A DNA stretch of 64,000 nucleotides, taken from a virus. Its lineage: Duplodnaviria > Caudoviricetes. The stretch covers positions 61,232 to 125,231 of IMG/VR virus record IMGVR_UViG_3300013105_000003. One strand, 5' to 3'. The position numbers and the translations under genes were made by a program. A model generated the notes under the pieces. That model was not told the DNA's origin. It was given only the letters and a program-made list of their open reading frames with translations, and ran no database searches. The number at the start of each line of letters is the position of its first letter. Position 1 is the first letter of the stretch. Shown one piece after another: positions 1 to 8,528 of this stretch.

Positions 1-2
1 TC

Positions 3-1805
3 AACCTCAAGTGGTCTCCTCCAGGGCGTGGTCTCTGGATGATGGGATCAAAGCTAGTAAATGAGCAGCACAATGCAGCTGCACTTCAAAATTGTGCCTT
101 TGTAAGTACTAAAGATATGACAAAGTTTGACCCCGCCAAGGTGTTTGCATTCCTTATGGAAGGTTCTATGCTTGGAATTGGTATGGGATTTGACACCAAG
201 GGGTCTCAGCTAGGGCTAGTAGTGCAGAAGCCAAAGGATGACGCTGAGATATTTACTATTCCTGACACTCGTGAGGGTTGGGTAGAGGCTACCAAGCAGA
301 TTATTAATGCATACCTAGTAGAAGGCAAGTCAAAGCCTAAGTTCGATTACACCGCTATTCGTCCATCAGGTGCCCCTATTAAGACATTTGGTGGTACTGC
401 CTCTGGGCCAGCACCTTTGATTACTCTCCACGAGAATCTAGTCAAGATGTTTGAAGCTAACATCGGTGAGCCTGTAGGTGCCAAGATTATTGCAGATATT
501 GGTAACATGATTGGTGTCTGTGTTGTTTCTGGTAACGTCCGTCGCTCAGCAGAACTTCTTATGGGCAGCATTGAAGATGACGAATTCCTTAACCTCAAGA
601 ACCTAGACAAGAACCCAGATCGCTCAGACTGGTATTGGATGAGTAATAACTCAGTAGAGGCTAAGGTTGGTGATGACCTTTCAGCAATTGCTGAAGGTGT
701 CAAGCGTAACGGTGAGCCTGGAGTTATCTGGATGGACGTTACACGTAAGTATGGGCGACTAAAGGATGCACCTAACAACAAGGACTGGCGTGCAGCTGGC
801 TATAATCCTTGCGCAGAGCAGTCTCTAGAGTCCTTTGAGTGCTGCACCCTATCAGAGTCATACCTAATGAATACGGACTCGTTAGAGGACTATCTGAAGA
901 CTCTGAAGGTTGCCTACCTGTATGCTAAGACAGTAACCCTACTCCCAACGCACTGGCCCGAGACGAATGCAATTATGCAGCGTAATCGTCGTATCGGAAT
1001 GAGTATGTCAGGTATTGCTGACTTTGTTGACTCTCATGGCCTACCTAGCCTCCGCGAATACATGGACAAGGGTTACGATGAGGTACAGCGACTCGATGAA
1101 GTATACTCTGAGTGGCTATGTGTTCGTCCATCTATTAAGACAACTACAGTCAAGCCAAGTGGTACTGTCTCACTCCTAGCTGGAACGTCTCCAGGCGTTC
1201 ACTGGACTGTTGGCGGTAGCTACTTTATTAGACGAGTTATCTTTGACAAGAATGATCCTGTAGTTGAGCAGTTCCGCAACTCTGGGTACCCAGTGATAGA
1301 CTCTGTATACACTCCTGAAACCTCAGTAGTAGTGGAGTTCCCAATTAAGTCTAAGGCTAAGCGATCTGAAGCTGACGTAAGTATCTTTGAAAAGGCATTC
1401 CTTGCCTCAGAGGCACAGCGTTACTGGTCTGACAACTCTGTATCAGTTACTGTATCATTCGATCCTGAGACTGAAGGTGACCACATCGAGAAGATTCTTC
1501 ACATGTATGAAGGTTCTTTGAAGACTGTATCATTCCTTCCAATGGGTGGAGCATACCAACAGATGCCATATGAGTCAATTACTGAGGATGAGTGGGAAGA
1601 GCGTAGAGTACAGATTCTACCTGTAGACCTATCACCAATTTATGGTCTTGAGGCAGAGGATGCAGCAGGAGAAAAGTACTGCAGTACGGACGCTTGCGAA
1701 ATTAAGGAATTTACATCTACGGTAGAAGATTATAAGAGTGGCCTAGATATTAATTACGAACAGATTGTAGAATTAGAAACTAAGACAGCGAAGTTAAATG
1801 ACTAA
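3..1805 (+). CDS. nrdJ: Class II (adenosylcobalamin-dependent) ribonucleotide reductase, monomeric RTPR type; 5'-truncated by window edge
   Basis: Frame open from position 3 (NLKWSPPGRGLWMMG); motifs NCAF, GNVRRSA, NPCAEQ, TVKPSGTVSLL and C-terminal CSTDAC. Confidence 0.95.
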   Translation, partial: NLKWSPPGRGLWMMGSKLVNEQHNAAALQNCAFVSTKDMTKFDPAKVFAFLMEGSMLGIGMGFDTKGSQLGLVVQKPKDDAEIFTIPDTREGWVEATKQIINAYLVEGKSKPKFDYTAIRPSGAPIKTFGGTASGPAPLITLHENLVKMFEANIGEPVGAKIIADIGNMIGVCVVSGNVRRSAELLMGSIEDDEFLNLKNLDKNPDRSDWYWMSNNSVEAKVGDDLSAIAEGVKRNGEPGVIWMDVTRKYGRLKDAPNNKDWRAAGYNPCAEQSLESFECCTLSESYLMNTDSLEDYLKTLKVAYLYAKTVTLLPTHWPETNAIMQRNRRIGMSMSGIADFVDSHGLPSLREYMDKGYDEVQRLDEVYSEWLCVRPSIKTTTVKPSGTVSLLAGTSPGVHWTVGGSYFIRRVIFDKNDPVVEQFRNSGYPVIDSVYTPETSVVVEFPIKSKAKRSEADVSIFEKAFLASEAQRYWSDNSVSVTVSFDPETEGDHIEKILHMYEGSLKTVSFLPMGGAYQQMPYESITEDEWEERRVQILPVDLSPIYGLEAEDAAGEKYCSTDACEIKEFTSTVEDYKSGLDINYEQIVELETKTAKLND

Positions 1806-2139
1806 AGAACTAGCATTCTCAGTTACCATGCAGGATCTAGAAGTACAGACTTTCAGAGCTGGCGGCGCTGGGGGGCAGAATCAGAATAAGAGAGACACAG
1901 GAGTCCGTCTGATTCACCACCCCTCTGGTGCAAGAGCTGAGTGTAGAGAAGAACGCTCTCAGCTACAAAATAAGAAAAAGGCACTGAAGAGACTATCTGT
2001 AGACCCTAAGTTTGTTTATTGGGCACATGTTCAATCTGGTAGCCTAAAGGATGCTGAGCAGTGGGTTGAAGAGCAAATGGTAGAGTCTAACCTAAAAGTA
2101 GAAGTTAAAGATGAGAAGGGTCGCTGGGTAGATGAGTGA
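1798..2139 (+). CDS. Stand-alone peptide chain release factor (RF-1/GGQ) domain protein, ArfB/PrfH-like peptidyl-tRNA hydrolase
   Basis: FRAGGAGGQNQNKRDTGVRLIHHPSG and ERSQLQNK motifs of the GGQ domain. Confidence 0.9.
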   Translation: MTKELAFSVTMQDLEVQTFRAGGAGGQNQNKRDTGVRLIHHPSGARAECREERSQLQNKKKALKRLSVDPKFVYWAHVQSGSLKDAEQWVEEQMVESNLKVEVKDEKGRWVDE

Positions 2140-2407
2140 TAATAAGCCAAAGCAAGTAGTTAAGTTCTGGGCTGATTGGTGCGGTCCTTGTAAGAGATTT
2201 GCACCCATCTTTGAGGAAGTGCAGGAAGAGTATCCTGATTTCCAGTTTATGAGTGTAGATATTGATGCACAGCCAGAAGCAGCTAAGGTGTTTGGAGTTA
2301 CTACAATTCCTTACGTGGTAGTTCTTAATAATGGTGAAACTGTAGGAGAGATTAACGGTATCATTTCTAAGCCAACCTTGCGTAAGCTACTTGACTCTGT
2401 AGAGTAA
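2132..2407 (+). CDS. trxA: Thioredoxin
   Basis: KFWADWCGPCK active site; adjacent to RNR. Confidence 0.95.
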   Translation: MSDNKPKQVVKFWADWCGPCKRFAPIFEEVQEEYPDFQFMSVDIDAQPEAAKVFGVTTIPYVVVLNNGETVGEINGIISKPTLRKLLDSVE

Positions 2408-2476
2408 GAGTGCTATAGTAGGTACTTCAACAGTCAACCCCTCCACAATGGGTCTTACCAAAATGGTGTGGAGGGG

Positions 2477-2505
2477 TTGACGCATACCTAAGAGTCTGGT
2501 AGTAT
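2477..2505 (+). promoter_or_regulatory. SigA-type promoter for a leaderless mRNA; -35 overlaps a terminator hairpin (about 2433-2481)
   Basis: TTGACG-N17-TAGTAT, ATG 7 nt downstream (2513). Confidence 0.8.
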
Positions 2506-2512
2506 CGTACTC

Positions 2513-2908
2513 ATGAACAAGATTAGTGAAGTTGTCGCCCAGGTCCGTCGTCTCGCTGCAGAGAATCCTGACTTTGTCTATGAGAAGGTTAAGAGTAAGA
2601 GCAGTGAAGATAGCCCAAAGTGCCTTTACACTCACAATGGTAAGGGTAGTTGCATCATAGGACAGGCTATTCTAGCTGTAGATGATAGCCTCTACAGTAA
2701 GCTGGCTGACTATGATGAGGGATTAATCTTTGGATATTCCGCAACCATTGTTGTACATGACCTGTACCCAGAAGAGTTTAAGAAGGCTCAAGGTGAGATG
2801 TATGCAAAGTGGCTTCATTTGGTCCAGCGGAAGCAAGATGATGGGTGGACTTGGGAAGAGGCTGTTGGGTATGCCGATAGTTTCCTTGATAGTGGGAGTT
2901 TATCATGA
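2513..2908 (+). CDS. Hypothetical protein, paralog family A
   Basis: Shares VRRLA..PDFVY, GSCI.G.A and W...VQ..QD.G..W..AV..AD with 2905..3279 and 5862..6224. Confidence 0.85.
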   Translation: MNKISEVVAQVRRLAAENPDFVYEKVKSKSSEDSPKCLYTHNGKGSCIIGQAILAVDDSLYSKLADYDEGLIFGYSATIVVHDLYPEEFKKAQGEMYAKWLHLVQRKQDDGWTWEEAVGYADSFLDSGSLS

Positions 2909-3279
2909 ACAAAGTAGAAGAGATTGTAAGAGAGATTCGTAGGCTAGCTGCTTTGGAGCCATATTTTGTTTATAAGGTTCCTGAGGGAAGCGACAGGTGC
3001 CGATACGTTAATTCAACGTCTGGAAGTTGTATAGTTGGTAAAGCAATTCTCAACATTACTCCAAGAAACCACAAGTCTCATGTGTATGAGACTCTATCCT
3101 ATTTCGATACGAAACCTGTGGCTATGTCAGCTGATGACGCTGTTAGGGATCTTGTAAATGTATCTGAGAAAGATGAAGAAAGCCTGAAGTGGATAGACCT
3201 AGTTCAACACTGTCAGGATAATGGTCTTCCTTGGAAACTAGCTGTTCAACGAGCCGATGAAGCAGTACTCGGAGAATAA
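2905..3279 (+). CDS. Hypothetical protein, paralog family A
   Basis: Same motifs as 2513..2908; ATGA overlap. Confidence 0.85.
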   Translation: MNKVEEIVREIRRLAALEPYFVYKVPEGSDRCRYVNSTSGSCIVGKAILNITPRNHKSHVYETLSYFDTKPVAMSADDAVRDLVNVSEKDEESLKWIDLVQHCQDNGLPWKLAVQRADEAVLGE

Positions 3280-3434
3280 ACCTCGCTGCTCTTTCACTAG
3301 AGTTGCTAAGGGAGCTAGAGATGTGGTACAGTGTTTCTTGAAAGAGCAGCACAAGGAATCACACATGACTCTCAATCCTGGACCTAAGAGAACGTGGGAT
3401 GGGATTGACTACACACCTAAGGAAGCTAATGACA

Positions 3435-3647
3435 ATGGATACCTCTAACGAGATTCGTTACCCAGAGGTAGAAGTACCTCTCGTTGGTCAGGATGGTAAT
3501 GCTTTTATGATTATAGGTTCTGTCACTAGGGCACTACGAAAGGCTGGAGTGTCTCAGGAGGAAATTACAGAATTTACTGATGAGGCTATGAGTGGAGACT
3601 ACGATCACTTACTCCAAACTGTCACGCGTTGGGTAGCTGTGTCTTGA
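3435..3647 (+). CDS. Small conserved phage protein
   Basis: LVGQDGNAF.IIG and SGDYDHLL motif typical of a widespread small phage protein. Confidence 0.7.
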   Translation: MDTSNEIRYPEVEVPLVGQDGNAFMIIGSVTRALRKAGVSQEEITEFTDEAMSGDYDHLLQTVTRWVAVS

Positions 3648-3973
3648 TGAGTAACCCTGACGAGCTGTATGATACCGTAAAGAAACTGCAGAGAGAATTC
3701 CCAGACCTACTTTCTCTCATACCTGTTAGTACATTCTTTAGTGATGATATGTACGAAGTGATGTTCTCTCTACTAAATACTGCACAAGAGAAGATTGAAC
3801 AAGCGGCTGACGATCTTTATGACGAGCATACTAAGCACTGTGATGAGTGTGGGTTTTCATTAGCAGGGTACGATGACATATTCTGTTATGAGTGTTATAA
3901 TAGTATGGAAGCTAAGAATTATACACTAACTGGACGCATTGAATTCCTAGAAGGAAAGTTAAAGAATGAATAA
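3647..3973 (+). CDS. Hypothetical protein with two CxxC
   Basis: TGATG coupling; CDEC and CYEC. Confidence 0.65.
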   Translation: MSNPDELYDTVKKLQREFPDLLSLIPVSTFFSDDMYEVMFSLLNTAQEKIEQAADDLYDEHTKHCDECGFSLAGYDDIFCYECYNSMEAKNYTLTGRIEFLEGKLKNE

Positions 3974-4208
3974 TCAGACAACTACTAGTACTAGTGGCAT
4001 AAGCACTGCTGGGCTACTTGGTGTAGCATTTGTTGTATTGAAGCTGTGCCACGTCATTAACTGGTCATGGTGGTTGGTTCTCCTACCATTCTATGGGGTG
4101 TTTGCTCTACTTATTGTTATCCTCCTAGTTGTGCTTCTTGTAGCAGGGATACTAGACTGGCTAGATGGTCGTAAGTACAAGAAGCAACGAAAGAATCTAA
4201 AGCGATAA
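3966..4208 (+). CDS. Small membrane protein
   Basis: VLKL.HVINWSWWLVLLP motif, two hydrophobic segments, basic tail. Confidence 0.75.
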   Translation: MNNQTTTSTSGISTAGLLGVAFVVLKLCHVINWSWWLVLLPFYGVFALLIVILLVVLLVAGILDWLDGRKYKKQRKNLKR

Positions 4209-4325
4209 TATAAATATAGGGAGAATGGCTTCTTCCTGCATTCGCTAGTCAGTGTTAAACTGACAGAGCCAGACCCCTTGGGCAATAAGGTTATGATTGA
4301 TTCGTAGCTGTTCAAGGTCTCACTG

Positions 4326-4399
4326 GGGAGTATAGCTTAACTGGAAGAGTGTCCTGACTCCAAATCAGGAAGGCGTCTGTTCGATTCGGACTACTCCCG
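4326..4399 (+). tRNA. tRNA-Trp(CCA)
   Basis: Acceptor GGGAGTA/TACTCCC, anticodon arm CCTGA-CTCCAAA-TCAGG, T loop TTCGATT; CCA not encoded. Confidence 0.9.
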
Positions 4400-4400
4400 C

Positions 4401-4835
4401 ATGGTAGATAGAATGAGATATCCAGAACTTCCTTCTGCTTTAGTTGATAGGTCTGGTTACGATAAAGGAAGGTACCAGATTCTTCGCAATAGACTTCTGG
4501 CCCTTCTTGGAGGTGTCTGTGTTAGGTGTGGAACCGATCAAAACTTAGAGTTTGATCACAGGGACCCAAAGTCCAAAAAATTTACTATCATGGCTAAGTG
4601 GAATAACTATACTAATGAAGAGCTATATAAAGAAATAGAAAAATGCCAACTTCTGTGTAAGAAGCACCACATAGAGAAGACGAGAGAGGATATAGGAGTA
4701 CCTCACGGTGGAGGCGTCTCTGGTAAGAGAGACCCAGAGAGAGGGGATAGGTGTAGGTGTGACCTATGTAAAGCTAAGTACAACGAATACATGAGAGCAC
4801 TTAAGAAGAGACTAAAAGAAGAAAAGAAAAAATAA
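4401..4835 (+). CDS. HNH endonuclease inserted between two tRNA genes (start may be 4413)
   Basis: CVRCG...LEFDHRDP...KCQLLCKKHH plus C-terminal HG...CRCDLC. Confidence 0.85.
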   Translation: MVDRMRYPELPSALVDRSGYDKGRYQILRNRLLALLGGVCVRCGTDQNLEFDHRDPKSKKFTIMAKWNNYTNEELYKEIEKCQLLCKKHHIEKTREDIGVPHGGGVSGKRDPERGDRCRCDLCKAKYNEYMRALKKRLKEEKKK

Positions 4836-4840
4836 AACAA

Positions 4841-4922
4841 GCCCTCATATCAGCGCACTCTTATAAAGTGTCCATTACAATGCTGTATCTGGTGGAGGTT
4901 GGTTCAAGTCCAACTGAGGGTA
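4841..4922 (+). tRNA. Non-canonical tRNA-Ile(UAU)-like RNA lacking a normal D arm and carrying a 26-nt variable region
   Basis: Acceptor GCCCTCA/TGAGGGT, U8A9, anticodon arm GCACT-CTTATAA-AGTGT, T arm GTTGG-TTCAAGT-CCAAC; only TCAGC between A9 and the anticodon stem. Confidence 0.75.
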
Positions 4923-4923
4923 C

Positions 4924-5187
4924 ATGGAAGTAAGAGAAGACTTGGAAGTTATTGAACTTCTAGACTATAACTTTGCTATCCCCTGTGACCACGAAACATG
5001 TGATCTAGAGGCAGACTACTTATTAATTCTTCATTGCCCTTCCTGTGTTTATGAGGAAAAGTTCTTTATTTGTGATCCACACTGGGTCAAGGTATCTACT
5101 ACTAAAGGACTAATGGCTACCTGCTCTCGTTGTTCTGTGTATGGCTCCCTTGAAGATTTCTTGGTAGAAAGACGTTCACTAAAGTAA
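4924..5187 (+). CDS. Cys/His-rich putative zinc-binding protein
   Basis: CDHETC, CPSC, CDPH, CSRC. Confidence 0.7.
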   Translation: MEVREDLEVIELLDYNFAIPCDHETCDLEADYLLILHCPSCVYEEKFFICDPHWVKVSTTKGLMATCSRCSVYGSLEDFLVERRSLK

Positions 5188-5267
5188 ATTTATATCGTAC
5201 CACCTACATAATTTCCAATAGGCAGTACGATAATATTAGTGCCAGGGAGAAATTTGAGGTCACTAAT

Positions 5268-5540
5268 ATGGGAGACAATCTAAAACGTCACGACGATGAG
5301 CCTAGAAAGGCTTACAATCAACACGGAGATGTTGTGGAAGTCGGCACTGAAGTTAGAGATGGTGAACTATTTCTTACTTTCTTTTCAGAAAATGGTAAAA
5401 AAGGTAGTGCGTCGATGCCTGCCGACCAAGCTTGGCTTTATGCTTCAGACATAATCAGCGGAGCAATGGAATTAGACCCAGGCTACATTGAAGATTTAAT
5501 CAAAGAAAGCATTGAGAAATTCCAAGCAGGAGATTACTGA
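5268..5540 (+). CDS. Hypothetical protein, paralog of the next gene
   Basis: Shares G..G....V and D.AW..A.D.IS.A with 5542..5829; CGATAATA motif upstream. Confidence 0.75.
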   Translation: MGDNLKRHDDEPRKAYNQHGDVVEVGTEVRDGELFLTFFSENGKKGSASMPADQAWLYASDIISGAMELDPGYIEDLIKESIEKFQAGDY

Positions 5541-5541
5541 T

Positions 5542-5829
5542 ATGCCAGAAAGACTCAATCAACCAAGAACTGGATTTAGTGTAGATGGAGATAGGGTAGA
5601 GATTCTAGCTCATCACACAGACGAAAGTAAGGTTAAGATCCACTTTACCGCACCGGAGCTAGAGCGGGAAGGGGATATTTGTCTAGATTTTGACGAGGCT
5701 TGGCGTTTTGCTAATGACGTTATTTCTTCTGCCTTGACTGTAAACCCAGAGTTCCTTCCTAGCTTATTTGCAGACTTAGGGAATCGTCTCAAGGTTCTAG
5801 AGCAGAAGCAACGAGAAATTACCTCTTGA
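5542..5829 (+). CDS. Hypothetical protein, paralog of 5268..5540
   Basis: DEAWRFANDVISSA versus DQAWLYASDIISGA; AGGAG SD. Confidence 0.75.
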   Translation: MPERLNQPRTGFSVDGDRVEILAHHTDESKVKIHFTAPELEREGDICLDFDEAWRFANDVISSALTVNPEFLPSLFADLGNRLKVLEQKQREITS

Positions 5830-5861
5830 CTCTTGAGAAAGACCCTGCTACACTTGACCAC

Positions 5862-6224
5862 ATGAGCGAAACAAAGATGCCCCCGTTGCACGACGTGGTG
5901 AAGAAGGTCCGAGAAATAGCTAAAGATGCGCCAGACCTTGTATACGAGATGCCAGATGGATGGTGCCAATACGTATTTAATGGTCAGGGGTCTTGTATCG
6001 TAGGACAAGCCTATCTTGCTCTTGGAACTCCTATAAAGAAGGTTGAGTTGTGGGATACCGAAGAGAACGGACCTAGCGGTATAGAGGAAATAATAGAAAG
6101 AGAGTATGAAGAGTACTCAACTCTAGCTAAGTCTTGGTTGAGAGAGGTTCAGGACTCACAAGACACGGGAACCTCTTGGGCAGAAGCTGTAAAGAATGCA
6201 GATATAACCTTAGGGTTGATTTAA
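5862..6224 (+). CDS. Hypothetical protein, paralog family A
   Basis: PDLVY, GSCIVGQA, WLREVQDSQDTGTSWAEAV. Confidence 0.8.
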   Translation: MSETKMPPLHDVVKKVREIAKDAPDLVYEMPDGWCQYVFNGQGSCIVGQAYLALGTPIKKVELWDTEENGPSGIEEIIEREYEEYSTLAKSWLREVQDSQDTGTSWAEAVKNADITLGLI

Positions 6225-6413
6225 TGCTTAAGCTAGGAACTGTTGTAGAGTTTCCAGAAGATCGTAGTCACTATGGAGTGGTTACAGATCCTGAGGTGGA
6301 CGAGTTGCATCTATCAGCCCCAGGACTAGGAAACATTTTAGTGGAGTGGTTTAATAAAAAGAATAACTCAGACAGCTACCTGTGGTGGGAGCTTGAAGAT
6401 TCTCTAGAGGTAG

Positions 6414-6443
6414 TTGACACCGACTGATCTTCTGTGATAGTAT
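6414..6443 (+). promoter_or_regulatory. SigA-type promoter, leaderless
   Basis: TTGACA-N18-TAGTAT; in-frame ATG at 6450. Confidence 0.75.
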
Positions 6444-6815
6444 ATGGATATGCAAATAACCGATAACTATTCCTCTAAGGCAGGAAAGCAACTTAAGGCA
6501 GCTTTGGCAATTGCTGAAGCTTCTCGTTGCTCTCATCGTCATGGAGCAGTTCTAGTAAAGAATGGAGTTGTTCTCGCTGCTGCCTCAAACCAGCAGCGCC
6601 AACCGCAACTCCCACATTGGGCAGAGGGTAGCTGGCGTAGGGTTAGTGTTCATGCAGAGGAGGCAGTTCTCTCTATGGCAGGAAATCAAGCACAAGGAGC
6701 TACGCTGTATGTGGCTCGTGTTGGTAGAATGGATCAAGTTTCCCCCTCTCGTCCCTGCCTTCGCTGCACAGGTCTTGCTGAGCGTTCTGGTATTAGAAAG
6801 ATTGTCCACACATGA
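6444..6815 (+). CDS. Zinc-dependent cytidine/deoxycytidylate deaminase-superfamily protein (start likely 6450)
   Basis: HGAVLV, HAEEA and SRPCLRC motifs. Confidence 0.85.
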   Translation: MDMQITDNYSSKAGKQLKAALAIAEASRCSHRHGAVLVKNGVVLAAASNQQRQPQLPHWAEGSWRRVSVHAEEAVLSMAGNQAQGATLYVARVGRMDQVSPSRPCLRCTGLAERSGIRKIVHT

Positions 6816-7253
6816 GATTTCCTAAGTGGATATTCTGGCACAACTGGACAGGATGGGCCATTGGGTGGTATCCTACAGAGGTCAGTTCGTTACAACTATC
6901 CCTCTTCTACCAGAGTGGCTATTACATTAACCTAGACATTATGGTTACTGAGAAGTTTGACCACCGACTGTCTTATAAGATTCGTAAGCCGGACAATTAC
7001 TTATTTCCTGAAAGACGAGGCTTTCACCTACAATGATTAGTGACACTATTGACAGTGAGATTGATTACCTGATTGAGCGCCTAGTTAAGAGAGCTACTTC
7101 ACGTATATCTAGTTCTGCTTCTGATGAGAATGCTAACCTAGCGTCAGCAATTAAGGATCTAGCAGAGGCTAAGTACTACCTCTCTGGGGGAGAGCCTTCT
7201 GTTAATTTGACAAAGAACTAACGATAATATAATTAAGACGAAAGGATAGTCAA

Positions 7254-7490
7254 ATGGCTGACGAAAAGACTGTAGATGCTACTCCACCAACTGTGGAGGA
7301 AGACACTAACGTACAGGAAGCTCCTCCTACCGTTACCGATGAGACAAACACAGGCGCAGAGGATGCTCCAGCTGCTGCAGAAGAGCCTGTCAAGCCTGTA
7401 GAGGGTAAGACCCTTGACCAGCTTGCAGAGGAAGATCCAGAAGCATTCTGGCACCCCGGCAGGGTACTATCAGAGGACGACTCTAAGTAA
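7254..7490 (+). CDS. Acidic low-complexity protein
   Basis: GAAAGGA SD, CGATAATA upstream, internal PPTV.(E/D) repeat. Confidence 0.7.
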   Translation: MADEKTVDATPPTVEEDTNVQEAPPTVTDETNTGAEDAPAAAEEPVKPVEGKTLDQLAEEDPEAFWHPGRVLSEDDSK

Positions 7491-7523
7491 TAACCTAATC
7501 CTATACCACTAGGATTAGTCTTA

Positions 7524-7596
7524 GTGGGTATGGGAAAATTGGGAATCCGTCTGCTTTGGGAGCAGAAGACTGCGAGTTCGAGCCTCGCTACCCGCA
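7524..7596 (+). tRNA. tRNA-Pro(UGG)
   Basis: Acceptor GTGGGTA/TACCCGC, anticodon arm TCTGC-TTTGGGA-GCAGA, T arm GCGAG-TTCGAGC-CTCGC. Confidence 0.9.
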
Positions 7597-7613
7597 CAAA
7601 TTAAATATTTCAA

Positions 7614-7713
7614 GCCAGTCTCTGAGTGGTTCGGGATCTCAGAGCCTAAGTGACAGCCGGTAGGTTAGAGGTGGCCTACCGGCTGTCTACGTCTGGTGAG
7701 ATTTAATCCCGAT
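7614..7713 (+). ncRNA. Candidate structured ncRNA (three-way junction plus pseudoknot)
   Basis: GCCAG/CTGGT closing stem, CTCTGAG/CTCAGAG hairpin, 13-bp GACAGCCGGTAGG hairpin; TCGGGAT complementary to downstream ATCCCGA. Confidence 0.55.
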
Positions 7714-7719
7714 CCATAG

Positions 7720-7750
7720 AAAGGCACCTATTTAACATGTAGGTGCCTTT
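7720..7750 (+). terminator. Intrinsic terminator
   Basis: AAAGGCACCTA...TAGGTGCCTTT hairpin. Confidence 0.75.
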
Positions 7751-7811
7751 GTGTGTTGTATCTCTCTAATTAAGACGATAATATAGATACCACCAGAGAG
7801 AAGGTACGGCC

Positions 7812-8528
7812 ATGCCAGCAGACCAACCAGGTGTCTACGAAGGTACTCTAGACCCAGGAACAGTATATGGAAAATGTTATTTAAATGTATCCTATGCTAC
7901 GTTTGATACAGCAGACGACGATGACGATTTTCCTGAAAGACGAGTTCCTACTACTGCCTCTCTGACGTTAACACCAAATGTAGGTGGAGCACTCCTTGGA
8001 GCTGACTCCGAAATCATTGTAGTTTCGGCCAAGACTCTTACTACAACTGATGGTCACTTTGAATTCTGGTGTATAGACGGTAGTCATTCTAGCCTTAATC
8101 CAAGTGGGTGGAACTGGAATGCTCGTCTTAATGTTGATGGTGCCTTAATCAACAGCTTTAATTTTACTCCAGACTCAACAAATGTAGATCCTATTAACCT
8201 AGGGACTTTCTTCTCTATAAAAGATGCATCTACAGGAACCGTACTTCTTCCTGGACCTCCTCCTAGCGTTGAGTGGGTCGGGGATCAGTTAGTAGTTGGT
8301 GGTAAAATAGGACCTCATCTAACAGGTGGTGGAGGTTCTGGTGGAGGCACTAGCACTCCGTTATTGGTCCCAGTGACTTACGACAAGTCCAGTAACACAT
8401 GGCCCACTCTGGATACCACCTTAGCGAATAACCCAGCTGTCACTTGGCACTTCATTGGCGGATCTGTAGCTAGTCCACCGCCAACAACTGTATCAGGAAC
8501 TGCTCTTTGGGATAGGCCCCTGGTCTGA
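7812..8528 (+). CDS. Putative minor tail / fibre adaptor protein
   Basis: Beta-rich, DG.F...NPSGWNW motif, GPPPSVEWVGDQLVVGG.GPHLTG linker typical of actinophage tail proteins; CGATAATA upstream. Confidence 0.6.
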   Translation: MPADQPGVYEGTLDPGTVYGKCYLNVSYATFDTADDDDDFPERRVPTTASLTLTPNVGGALLGADSEIIVVSAKTLTTTDGHFEFWCIDGSHSSLNPSGWNWNARLNVDGALINSFNFTPDSTNVDPINLGTFFSIKDASTGTVLLPGPPPSVEWVGDQLVVGGKIGPHLTGGGGSGGGTSTPLLVPVTYDKSSNTWPTLDTTLANNPAVTWHFIGGSVASPPPTTVSGTALWDRPLV

